From the human T2T-CHM13v2.0 reference genome, Homo sapiens, in the NCBI RefSeq assembly GCF_009914755.1, contig NC_060928.1: a stretch of 64,000 nucleotides of DNA. One strand, 5' to 3'. A program made the position numbers and the translations under genes. Of the stretch, positions 13,919 to 26,227 are shown piece by piece. The notes beneath the pieces were generated by a model. It did no database searches, had not been told where the DNA came from, and was given only the letters and a program-made list of their open reading frames with translations. How positions within the stretch are numbered: the stretch's first letter is position 1; every line of letters begins with the position of its first letter.

Positions 13919-14396
13919 CTGTGAAATATTTGTCACAAAATGGTACCAATTTAATACATTTTCAAGACACCCAGCATTAGAATAGATACAATAATGTTTA
14001 TATGTTGCCTGAGATGTAACTGCCTCCTTTGGTCTGAATGGCATCCTTACTCAAGACAAATAACCATCATCTAATTGCTAAGACCCGCCAAGTTCCTTTT
14101 CTAACATCCTCACAGTTGAGATTTAGTGTATTCTATTTGAACACTATAATTTTACTTGAAATGACAAAGATACATGTCTGCAACAATATCATGTGTTCCA
14201 GAATTTTGAGCTGAAAACCTGGAAATAGGGGAAAAAGAGGAGAGAGATGTCAATAATATTGACCTATTTTTAGAAGAACACAACCTCACACCAAGACAAG
14301 GCATTAGTACAAATGTTTGAGTTAGCTTTTAAGTTTTTTGAGTTATTTTTTGAGAACCCTTTTAATAAATTATGTTTCAGTGGAAAATCAAAATGA

Positions 14397-14754
<358 letters not shown>

Positions 14755-14860
14755 AAGATTTCATTTAATTTGTAGGATATATTTTGTCAACAAAATGAAT
14801 TCTGACTCTGTTTCTATAAAAGGCTATCTTGGATGTTTTTTGAAGTGTACTCTCTGGGTG

Positions 14861-15165
14861 TTTTTTTTTGTTTGTTTTTTGTTTTTTTGAGATGGAATTT
14901 TTGGTCACCCAGGCTGGAGTGCAATGGCGCTGTCAGCTCATTGCAACCTCTGCCTCCTAGGTTCAAGCAATTCTCCTGCCTCAGGGTCCCGAATAGCTGG
15001 GATTACAGGTGGCTGCCACCACATCTGGCTAATTTTCATATTTTTAGTAGAGACAGGGTTTCACAATGTTGGCCAAGCTGGTCTTGAACTCCAGACCTCA
15101 GAAGATCCATCCACCTCGGCCTCCCAAAGTGCTGGGATTACAAGTGTGAGCCACTGCGCCTAGCC
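14861..15165 (-). mobile_element. AluS (intron 1)
   Basis: Full reverse Alu ending GCCTAGCC. Confidence 0.9.
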
Positions 15166-15169
15166 AGAA

Positions 15170-15514
<345 letters not shown>

Positions 15515-16060
15515 CAGAATATACTTTTTAAAATGAGGTGCTATAATTTATATTTGTGTACTTTAGATCAAATTAACTATAAGCTAAATTTTTAACATTT
15601 AACGATACAATTCACATAAAATTGGACAAATATGCAACTCCCCAAAACCTCAGTTTCACTCTCTGTGAAATGGAGATCTCAGCTTCTACCTCATAAAGGA
15701 GTTGTGTGTATAAATGTGGCAGCGGGTACCTAGTACAGTACATGGCCTGACACATGGCAAGCACCACATGAAATATAGCTATACTTATTAATTTGAGTAA
15801 TTAACAAGAAAATTTAAAAAAATCCTGTCATTATGTGAAAAGTTCTATCTGTACTGCCAAGTGCTCAAATGTAAGAACACAATTTTTTTCCAATCTACTT
15901 CTGAGAATAAAAGTGTAGAAAAGTACTACTGATTAGTAATAATTTAGACAGAACTGCTCAATATAAATATAATTTGGATATTCAGTGAAATCTTAGTGTC
16001 ACATATTTTATATCTGATTTCTAAACTTATCATGACATCAAAGTCACCTAGGAATAATTT

Positions 16061-16364
16061 TTTTTTTTTTTTAATTTTTGAGATAGGGTATCACTCTGGC
16101 ACCTAGGCTGGAGTGCAGTGGCACAATCTTGCCTCACTGCAGCCTCTGCCTCCTGAGCTCAAGTGATCCTTCCACGTCAGCCTCCCAAGTAGCTGGGACC
16201 ACAGGTACACACCACCATGCCCAGCTAAATTTTTGTGTATTTTTTGTAGAGGCAGGGTTTTGCCATGTTGCCCAGGCTGGTCTGGAACTCCTGGGCTCAA
16301 GGGGTCTGTCTGCCTCAGCCTCCCAATGTGCTGAGATTATAGGCATGAGCCACCATGCTCAGTC
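16061..16364 (-). mobile_element. AluJ (intron 1)
   Basis: Reverse Alu with CACTGCAGCCTC and CTCCTGGGCTCAAG. TSD GGAATAATTT. Confidence 0.88.
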
Positions 16365-17746
16365 TGGGAATAATTTTTAATTCGAAAACACTCAAACCAA
16401 AAACAGACTCTAATCAAGAGAGTATAGATTGTCCACAAGAGAAATTCAAGAATCTCTATCATTTTAAAATTTGTACAAATAATTCTAAAGTAACGAGTCT
16501 GCAGACTAATATTTGGGGAACACTGATGTATTTCATCTACCTATAACTAATTTTAACTAGTTGCAACTCACTCTCCATGGGGAAACATTCGCCATGTTGG
16601 TAGGCTGTCCAGAAAAGGATCCAATATAAAATGTTATTGGGAAGAGTCTTAAGTACCTCAGAATTTATTGTCAGAGAATCAATACCTAGACCTCTATATG
16701 CTTTGCTGAAACTCCAGGATGGTTGCCCTAGGTTTAAACTGAGTTCTGGGGGAATGATTTTCATTTAAAGGTCTCAAGCTTCATAACCATTTTGCCCAGA
16801 TGAAAAAAGTTCAAAACAAGATGTAAAAATCCATGTATTGACCCTTCACTTAAAAAAAAAGTATATATATGTATTAAACCAAATGTACAGATTCTTTACA
16901 GTTGGTCCCAAAGTTCTAGAGTCTTTTTAAAAAGAAGGATTATTTTTTCTTCAGATTTTGCTTTGCTTGCTGTTACAGAGGCACTCCTGTCCAAAAGCTT
17001 CTGGTAACTTAAGTGACAAATGCAATGCAAATAAAGATAAGTAGATTAATACAAGAGCACACTCCCTGCAATTACTAATCAAAGAATACCAACTCAAGTG
17101 TAATGTTAGCTAGTCTCCTTAGCTGTTTCTCTCTTTTTATTTTTTTTTGAGCTTTTGCTTCAGATGATATGTAATACTTATGCATAAGCATATTTTCATA
17201 GTGCAAGTCAACACACTTTAACTAGTTCAATACTCATACTGATCTATTTTATTACATCTGAATAATCTTTTATTATGTGCAAAAATTGAATCACATAGTG
17301 GAAGCTGCATGCACATAAGTATGCAAAGTCCAGTAAACTGGTTGTGGTTTTTCTGATTAGATATTGATTTATTCTGAATATATAAAGTGCTGTAGGAAGA
17401 TTTAAAGACTGAGGGTGCACAAAATCATTTAAGATGATCAACAATTAGGTTTCTCTTTTTCTATAAGTGCATATACCAGAGCTATTTTAATATTAATAGT
17501 GGCTAAGGGTACTATTAGAGTTTTTCATAATGATATTACTCCAAATTATTTTATAAAGATGGGAAGTAATACTGGGAAATAATGATACACAATTGTTACT
17601 GAATATTTAATAAAGCACAAGTTAGTTATAAATAATACCACAAACTCTCTCTAAAAACCCCAAATAATTCCTCTATAAATCTTTCTATACTACTTGTTTT
17701 AACAAGTTCTATTTAAAATAACTTCTTCCTAAAAATGGAATTTGAG

Positions 17747-18060
<314 letters not shown>

Positions 18061-18144
18061 CTAGATGAGTGTCAAACCAATGATTTAAAACATCACAAGG
18101 CCTGAGTAGAAAGAATGAATTGATTGGTACACATGGGAACAGGA

Positions 18145-18212
18145 GTTAGTACTTGTTAATTAGTCCTAGAGTTAGCGTTAGTACTTGTTAGTTAGTGTTA
18201 GTCCCAGAGTTA
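18145..18212 (-). repeat. Imperfect GTTAGT/ACTAAC motif array
   Basis: Six ACTAAY motifs and one GCTAAC on the minus strand within about 60 nt. Confidence 0.85.
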
Positions 18213-19256
18213 AGACAAAGAGCAACTTTAAAGTACAGAATCTTTCCCAAGAAGAGTAAATAAATCCTCATAGCATAAATCAAATTTAATGTTTGACAGT
18301 TCACCAGTTTTTATCATCTTTACAACAAACTCAGGTAGCTCTCTAGTAATTTGCCTACTCCATAAGGGGGCATTTATTTACCTCTTTACTATTAATTCTC
18401 AGATCAATAGAAGAGACATAAACTTTGAAGAAAAATTCATAATTATACTTCTGCCAGTTCCCTTCAGATTAATTTAGTGAACAGGTGGACAAATTCTCTG
18501 TGTCCCTGGAGAACAAGTGAAATATAATGAAAAAAACAGATCTGGGCAAGTACAGAAAACTAACGCCCAACTGAAGTTTTAAAACTTATATTGCAAAAGT
18601 GTATGGGTATTGAGAAGAGATGAAAGGTTGAAAAGTAATTTGAAATATGCTCAGGCCATTGCAATATACCCCATTATGATAGGGATTGAGTTATGCGCCA
18701 TCATACATCTCTCCCATGTCAAGGACTTTTGAAAGGATATTAAGAGGTGACAAGCACATGAACTTAAAAAATATTTTTATAAAGACTGCCACCCATTTGT
18801 TTGGCTAATAAAAAGTCAGTAAGACTTCTGCTGAACACTCCGTTCTATGTCTAAATAGCCCATGCCAGGTTCCACTTCACAGGTGTCTCATTCAGCATGC
18901 CAGCTGCCAGAATGCCCAAGCTAAGTGTACAACTGCCCGGCACAGAAAGTGTGCATGTTTTTTACTGGGTCATGAAAGTTAGCCTTTGCTCTCATCACCA
19001 CAGAGAAAAGTCAGAAGATAGCCTGTCTTAGTCAGGAAAAGAAAGTACAGCCTGTAGGAAGCAATTTGAGGGTGTTCCAGATCACACCAACAGCGGATGC
19101 TGCATCTGGGTAGTTCACGTACCCGAACAAAAATTTTAAAAATTTGGTGTGGCCTTTGCCATCCATTCACTCCTCAAAAACTACCATTTGCTTTCCCAGA
19201 AAGCAAGCTTTCCAGCCCCACAGCCACGCCCCCACGAGAGAAAAAGTCGCACTCAC

Positions 19257-19533
19257 CAAATAGTGACAGGACCCCACACACCGTCCAGATGGTCAGAGAC
19301 ATGCCCACGCTGCCCGTGTTCTGGAGCACGCCCTTAGGAGAGATGAAGATTCCTGCTCCAATGATGGTGCCAATGATAATGGAGACTCCCCTCAGTAAAG
19401 TGACTTTCCTCTTCAGCTGCACTTTCTCCTGCCCAGGTGGCTCCTTGTTGCCCAGGGAAGGCAGCCTCCCGTTAACATTTCCCTGCAGGTAACCTCCTTT
19501 GGAGATGGTGGACACAACAGGCTTTCTGACCAT
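19257..19533 (-). CDS. SLC7A11: SLC7A11 (xCT) coding exon 1, 277 nt
   Basis: Translates [92 protein letters not shown](G), the xCT N-terminus with the LAT-family IIGAGIF TM1 motif. Strong Kozak context ACT-ATG-G. Donor TTTG|GTGAGT, phase 1. Confidence 0.98.
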
Positions 19534-19705
19534 AGTAGGGACACACGGGGGAAAAATAAAACAGAGGGAAAGAAAACAAAACTTTCAACTTTGGTGTCTC
19601 TTGGTGTTACTGATCGATGTCTTCCTCTGCTTTCAGACTGTCTCTCTCAGCGCTATAGTGTTCACAGGTGAAAACTCAAAGGTGTGCTTTTTCCTTCACA
19701 GCGAT

Positions 19706-19738
19706 CTAATTACTACTCAGAAACACCTGTGTATGCAT
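19706..19738 (-). other. uORF2 MHTQVFLSSN* (10 aa)
   Basis: ATG at 19738-19736 with A at -3 (ACG-ATG-C) and TAG at 19708-19706. Translation is not shown. Confidence 0.6.
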
Positions 19739-19745
19739 CGTGCTC

Positions 19746-19805
19746 TCAATTCTCCACCTCCTCGTTCCACCACTGCTGCTGCTGCTGCTGCTGCCGCCCT
19801 ATCAT
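19746..19805 (-). other. uORF1 MIGRQQQQQQQWWNEEVEN* (19 aa)
   Basis: ATG at 19805-19803 (GTA-ATG-A), then (CAG)7, then TGA at 19748-19746. The frame is visible; translation is not shown. Confidence 0.6.
19773..19793 (-). repeat. (CAG)7 trinucleotide repeat in the 5'UTR
   Basis: (CTG)7 on the + strand. Confidence 0.95.
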
Positions 19806-19829
19806 TACAAACCAGCTCAGCTTCCTCAT

Positions 19830-19853
19830 GGGCTTGTATTTAAGCGCCTGCCT
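19830..19853. promoter_or_regulatory. p53-like response element straddling the TATA box
   Basis: Degenerate RRRCWWGYYY half-sites GGGCTTGTAT (19830-19839) and AGGCAGGCGC (minus, 19853-19844), 4 bp apart. p53 is an established repressor of SLC7A11. Confidence 0.5.
19837..19843 (-). promoter_or_regulatory. TATA-like box TTAAATA
   Basis: Lies about -24 to -30 from the inferred TSS. Confidence 0.65.
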
Positions 19854-19881
19854 GTCACACCAACTTACTACAGCTAAATGA

Positions 19882-19908
19882 TGATGCAAATTCTCCAGGT
19901 TTGCATCA
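19882..19908. promoter_or_regulatory. Two inverted amino-acid response elements (AARE/CARE; ATF4-C/EBP)
   Basis: TGATGCAAA (19882-19890) and TTTGCATCA (19900-19908), 9 bp apart. Matches the established ATF4-responsive xCT promoter architecture. Confidence 0.9.
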
Positions 19909-19927
19909 GCCACATGAGAAGCCTCCA

Positions 19928-19940
19928 GCATTACTCAGCT
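19928..19940. promoter_or_regulatory. ARE/AP-1-like element (candidate NRF2-sMAF site)
   Basis: GCATTACTCAGCT contains TTACTCAGC, one mismatch from TGACTCAGC. SLC7A11 is an established NRF2 target. Confidence 0.5.
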
Positions 19941-22659
19941 CTTTTTTTTAAAAAAAGAAAAAAACAGGAGGAGCTTGTTGCTCAACTGACCTAAGCTTTT
20001 TAGAGAACAAAGCACACACTTTAAAGAGATTTTAGCCAATCCAGAAGTAGTAAATTCGGAACAGACCTTCCCAGAGATTTAAAGCAACTCGTAGTGAGCA
20101 ACAAAAGCTGTTCAAACAAAATGAAACAGGAAATAGTTACTTCATTTTAAGGAGTTTCTTTTTCTTTAATGCGTGTATAAAAACATTTTACATGCGACTG
20201 TTTTGTGAGTAGAATGTATCCTAAAGCTACATTGTTTATAACAACACAGTTTGAATTTCATAATTTGTGTAATGCTTTTTATTTTTTTATTTTGAGTTTT
20301 TTATAAGGCAATACAGTCAAATCCAATATTTACAAAATTAAAGATTCTACACTTTATACTTCTGTCACATACACACAACTATAAGCCTTCCTCAACATTA
20401 AAAGATAAAATTATTTCTTACTACTCATAATAAACCAGTATTTTAAATCACCATCCGAGTGTGACTAATACAAAATTCACCATGACTCCAGAAAATAGTC
20501 ATTTTCTGATTCTCATTAGCACTAGGTGATTTTTTTGAACTATGTAAAAGATACATATCCTTCATTGTCATGTTGTTCCTTTGAATTACCAAAAAAAATT
20601 TCTAAGTTCAAAATTACACAATTACAATTACATAAAAATATGTATATAGCAAAAGCCTGTAAAGGAAAACAGAATGGTAGTTATAGAAAGTAATGATATT
20701 ATGTATGACTTTTTTCCACATTATATAAACTATTGTTATTATTATAAATTTAAAATGCATTAAAAATGTAAGCTAAATTAAAATATTTACTTTGCAATAG
20801 TCAAAAAGGCAAAACATTTTTAAACCCTTCTAACTTTCTCAACCAAGTGTCAAGAAAAAACAAATATGAAAAGAAAAGAAATCCTAGATATCATTTTTGG
20901 CTATAGTTACATGTGGTTTTGGATTCAGTGAGAAGAATTGAATGTTATCATTACCCTGAAGCTACCTTTATACGCACCATTAAATAAGCTTCTGAACCTT
21001 TGAACAAAAACCACAAACAAAAAGCCTGTGTGCGAGAGGTTGGCAGGGAAAGAAGGGAGTCAAGTATGGTGAGGATGATCAAAGAAAGAAATGAGAAATC
21101 GCCATTAGGAAAGTAGCATGGAAAAGGTCAGAACCATTTTCTGTTATGTTGACACCTGAGAAAATGACACCACCTCAATGCTTTGCCATCCAAATAATTG
21201 AGGCTACATTTTCTCCTTTTTAAATTATCTATCTAAATTCTATATAATTGGTTTCAGCTACACCAAGTTAAAGTTTTTATAAAACCAAAATAAATACTTT
21301 TTCTCAGTTGTTAATGTCTTTCAAAAAACAAAAATGGATCATTTTCCTCATGCAATCCTGCTAAAACTCCCAAAGAAGGAAGCTAAATAGAGATTCTTTT
21401 CTTTCCAATTCTCTTCCTCCTCCTACATCTCCTTTCACTCACACAATTTTCCTGATTAATGGACCTAAGGAGCAGCTCTTCTTTCCCAGTAAGAGAAACA
21501 TATTAGCTCTGAAGAAATATGAGGTAAAAGTAGGACACTAGGAATCTCAGGGAACAGCAACTTTCTCTAATTAACACAGTGTCACACTTTAATTTTAAAT
21601 TTTGTTATAAATAACTGAACTCATAAGTTGAGCCAAAGACCCCACTCAGATAGGAAACTGAATGAATTATAAAGGATGATTATTCTTTCAATATTAAATA
21701 ACATTTTCCTCCTCACAGTATTTTTTTTTTAATTATGAAGAAAAATGGCTGATGTTAGACTAAAAACCAAAAGGATTGTACTTTCATGTAAGATAGAGGC
21801 CACCACTCAGAATGTTTGCAAAGCTGCACATTGCTGCTAAGGGCACCAGTGTACCTCTTCTAAGCACCCCAAAATCTGTAGAAAATGCAGTTTATAAAGA
21901 AAATGTTGAATTGCCTTGAACTCTTAAAATTGCCAGTTCTAAGCTTGTAAACTAAGAGTTTGGATGGTCCTCAAATACTTGTGTATCATAAAAATGTGTT
22001 CAAAGCAAATGAATACATATTTTTCATCCTGTATTAGGCCTTATTTTAAGTATAGCTGTCAAATTATGAGACTATCCTAGTGCTATTCGCAAATACTTAT
22101 TTACTGCTTATTGTGCACAAGAAATAGTCCTAGCTTCCTCACAGCATCTCGTAATAGAAATAGAAATAATGTATACTGGTAGCTACCGTTTTCTAGTAAC
22201 AATTTCTGTCCCATGGTTATAAATACAGGCATATCATCTAGGCCTGGCCAAAAATAATCCAGTGCTCTGGCTGCAGAGTATTGGAATATTACCTGAGCTG
22301 GGATATTTCTAAACAGAATTAGAATCAGCTTTTTTCATCTGTTGTTGGAGATTGTAAAGATGTGATCTGACAACAACTGGTGGCCATGTTCCCTGGCGTG
22401 TTGCAAATATCCTCACAGAATAACAGAGAATGTGCAGAAATTAGAGATATTCAGAAAGTCCTAGTACTATCATGCCCTATGTTAGTTCCTAAGGGACCCA
22501 GATTGGCTCGGGATCCTGAAGACCTTCATTTGCTTCTGTAAGCTACCTAGTTTCCTTGCTAGGTATGCTACCTAATAACACACACAAAAGTCAATTGCAC
22601 GTGGATCATGGAGCTAAATTTGAATGGTGCATCATGAACGCTTCTAGAAATGGGTCACC

Positions 22660-22875
22660 TGATATGATAATAATTAGTTACATGTGGTTATCAGCCCTTG
22701 AAATATGACTAGAACTTGAAGTCTTAAAGAAAAATAACAAAAAAGTTATTAACAATTTGTATTATTCATACTAGTTTTACCTATTTTATTTATTATTATG
22801 GCTACTAAAAATTAAAATCATATCCGTGGTTCAAAGTTGTGGCTTCCATTATAATTCTACTGGACAGTGCTGATC
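22660..22875. mobile_element. MER3/MER33-like hAT relic
   Basis: TAGTTACATGTGGTTAT...CTTGAAATATGACTAG...TACTGGACAGTGCTG. Confidence 0.55.
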
Positions 22876-23896
22876 TAGAGGAAAATGCAGAATATATTTC
22901 TAAACTTTGTGTAAGCAGGGATTTCTTAAAAGGGACACACAAAGCCCTAATACAAAAAAGAGAAAAATACAGTGTAATACATTAAAATTAAGATTTTGAG
23001 TTTATTGAAATATATTATTTGATTATAAAAGTGAATCTTAAAATGGGACAAAATATTTGCAATTTGCAAAGGTCTCATATCCAGAATAAATAATAAGTTT
23101 GTATAAATAGGAAAATGACAGACAACCCAATAAAAAATGGCCAAGAAATTTGAACAGATGCTCAATAAAATAGTCAATTCATTTGTAAAAAACTGCTCAA
23201 CAGTATTAGCTATTGGGGCAATTAAAACCGAAACCACAATAAGCCATCAATTCCCACTGAAATGGCTCACATGAGACAGACTGGCAATACCAGGAGTACT
23301 GACAGCATGGAGCAACCAGAATTCTTACACTGCTGGTGGGGGGACACAAATTGGTGCATCCATTATGGAAAGCTGTTTGGTGTTATCTTTTAAAGTTAAA
23401 CAGACACATACCCTTTGAACAAAAAAAACCCACTCCTGGGAATATGCCCAGTAAAAATGCAGGGCATCTATATGCCAAAAAGCTTGGATGAGAACATTCC
23501 TAGTACCTTTATTCATTTGAAAATAACCCAAATGTCCATTAACAGTACAACGGATATATGTATCATTGTATTTATTTAGTGAAATACTGCAATGCAATAA
23601 AAAAAAGGACGAACAATAGTGATATAAAAAAACAATATGGGTGACTCTCACATAATGTTAGAAGACAGAAGAAAAAAGCATATACTGCATGGTTCAATTT
23701 ATATAAAGTTTAAAAACAAGTGAAATGATTCTATAGTCTGAGAACTCTCTGGTTATCTTTGGAGATAAGCATTTCTAGTGATTGCGAGGGGGAACAAAAA
23801 CAGTTATAGAGTCCTGGTATTGTACTATTTTATAACCTGGGTAGTAATTACCTGAATATTTTAACTTTCTGACAATTCACTGAGATTTACATTTAT

Positions 23897-24241
<345 letters not shown>

Positions 24242-24611
24242 TAACTCAATTATTAAAAAAAAGCACAATAGTTGAAAATTTGTGATATTCTTTCAGAAAC
24301 AGATTGCTCAAGCAGACAAATAAGCAAAACTGTAGAAAATTTGGAGAGCATAATTAATCAACTCAATAGAGTTACTTTATAGAGAATTTCCCATCCACCA
24401 AATAAAAAATAAAGATTATTTTCAAGCATATATGAAACATTAACAAAACTATCCGTATCGAAGACAAAAATGAAACCCCAGTAAGTTCCAAAGAATCAAC
24501 ATTGTGTAAACTATACACTCTTACTATAAACATGCAACAAAATTAGAAATTAATAGTTATAAAACTAATAAAATAAATCTTATATGTCTGGAAATTAAAA
24601 ATCATACTACC

Positions 24612-24749
24612 AGCTGCGTGCAGTAGCTCATGCCTATAATCCCAGCATGAGGCTGAGGCAGGAGAATCGCTTGAGCCTGGGAGGCAGAGGTTATAGTGAG
24701 CTGAGATTGTGACACAGGGGGACTCTGTCTCAAAAAAAAAAAAAAAAAA
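24612..24749 (+). mobile_element. Monomer-length, internally deleted Alu
   Basis: Left-arm start joined to right-arm GAGGCTGAGGCAGGAGAATCGC, with poly(A) and TSD CATACTACCA. Confidence 0.8.
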
Positions 24750-25499
24750 CATACTACCAACTTATCTTTAAATTAGAAAATAGGCCCTGAGAAAAAATTC
24801 ACAAAATACTTAAAACTGAATAACAATGAAAACCATATGTTCAAATTTGTTAGAGTAGATTAAAGAAAACTTAAAGGAAAACTTAAAGCTTCAAGATACA
24901 TTCATCAGAAAATAAAAGAGGAAATGAGCTCAATATTCAACAGAAAAATTTAGGTAAAAACAATATAGTCAAAGAAGAAAAAAAGATAACTACAGAAATA
25001 AAAAAATTAAGAACAAAAGGGGAATAGAAAACATTCCCAATTGGAAAATCTAATTATTTAGAAAGAATAATAATTTAGATACAGGTTTGGCAAATGTAAG
25101 CAATAAAAAATTCGGAAATATATTAAATGTGAGTTTAAAAAAAGAGAAAATATCTTAAGAGAGCTAAAGAGAATTTTTAAATAATAAAGGAGTACAGTGA
25201 TCTACTATATGGAAAATAATGTGAAACTCAGAATAAAATGGACACATTTCTGGAAAATGAATCGATTCTATTACGTCATTAGAAAAAACAGAAAAACTGA
25301 ATGGAATGGCAACTATTTATGGTGCTAATCAAGGATATCCCTGGCTCAAAAAAATAAAACCAAACAAAACTAGGTTCTACTTGTGTTACAGGTAAGGCCT
25401 ACCACATTTTTATGAAATAAATAATCTCCTCCTTAGAGAAATTATTTCAGAAAGTGAAAACAGGAGGAAAAACTGCCAGACTCATTTTTGTGAGTTTAG

Positions 25500-25922
25500 T
25501 GCAGACATTGGCCTACTTCCTGTAAAAGGCCAAGTAGTAAATATTTTAGACTTTAAGGCTACCCATTGTCTCTGTCCATGTTCTGTGTGTCTGTGTGTTT
25601 GTGTGTGTGTGTGTGTGTGTGTTACAGCCCTTTAAAAATATAAACATTTTTCTTAGCTCCTGTGTAGTTCGCCAACTCTTTGTTTAGCAATATCTTAACT
25701 GCAAATAAGGCATTACAAGGTCAGTGCAATGGGCTAATGACAGGAAGTTTTATAAATAAAGTTTTATTAGAACATAGCCATGCCCACTCATTTATATATT
25801 TTCTATGGCTGCTTTCATATTACAACAGTAGAGTTGAGTAACTGCAAAAGAGACTGAATGGCCTGCCAAATAAGAAATGTTTATAATTTGCCTCTTTACA
25901 GAAAAAGTTCGCTGACTCTGGC
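25500..25922. mobile_element. MER58-like hAT-Charlie relics with (GT)n at 25585-25622
   Basis: CTGTAAAAGGCCAAGTAGTAAATATTTTAGACTTT and GTTTTATTAGAACATAGCCATGCCCA...TTTACAGAAAAAGTT. Confidence 0.7.
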
Positions 25923-26227
25923 TTAAGAGAAGATACAGGAATTGACTATTTATTTCCACTTTGATGTTCTCTCTTACTAGTAACTCTCTTTGCATATTCA
26001 GTGCTTGCTATTCCTACAAGATAGGAGTTAAAACAAAAAAACTGTGAAGCAAAAACTATTATGAAGAGAGTCATTGTACAGATAAAATATCTTTATGCAT
26101 CTAAGAACACAGCACAAAATATGTGAAGCACATACAATAAAATAACAAAGAAAATTTGATAAGCAAATGTTGAAAATTCAACACACTTCTCTCAATATTA
26201 AATCAATAGGAAAAAAATATTATCAAT

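Larger units (their letters stand above)
19534..19813 (-). other. SLC7A11: SLC7A11 5'UTR of exon 1 (approx. 280 nt; TSS approximate)
   Basis: TSS inferred about 25-30 nt downstream of TTAAATA. This agrees with my unverified recollection that the reference mRNA begins GGTTTGTAATGATAGGG. Confidence 0.7.

Noticed and set aside
19174-19256. ORF-track extension of exon 1 (...[26 protein letters not shown])
   Set aside because: Read-through into intron 1 past the consensus GTGAGT donor. The true frame continues in exon 2.
19097-19492. 131-aa + strand ORF overlapping exon 1
   Set aside because: Antisense shadow of GC-richer coding sequence, with no recognisable domain or supporting signals.
19684-19881. 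Antisense ORF with poly-Cys (tempting for a cystine transporter)
   Set aside because: It is just the CTG repeat read on the opposite strand. It starts at GTG, has no ATG before the Cys run, and there is no evidence of a + strand transcript.
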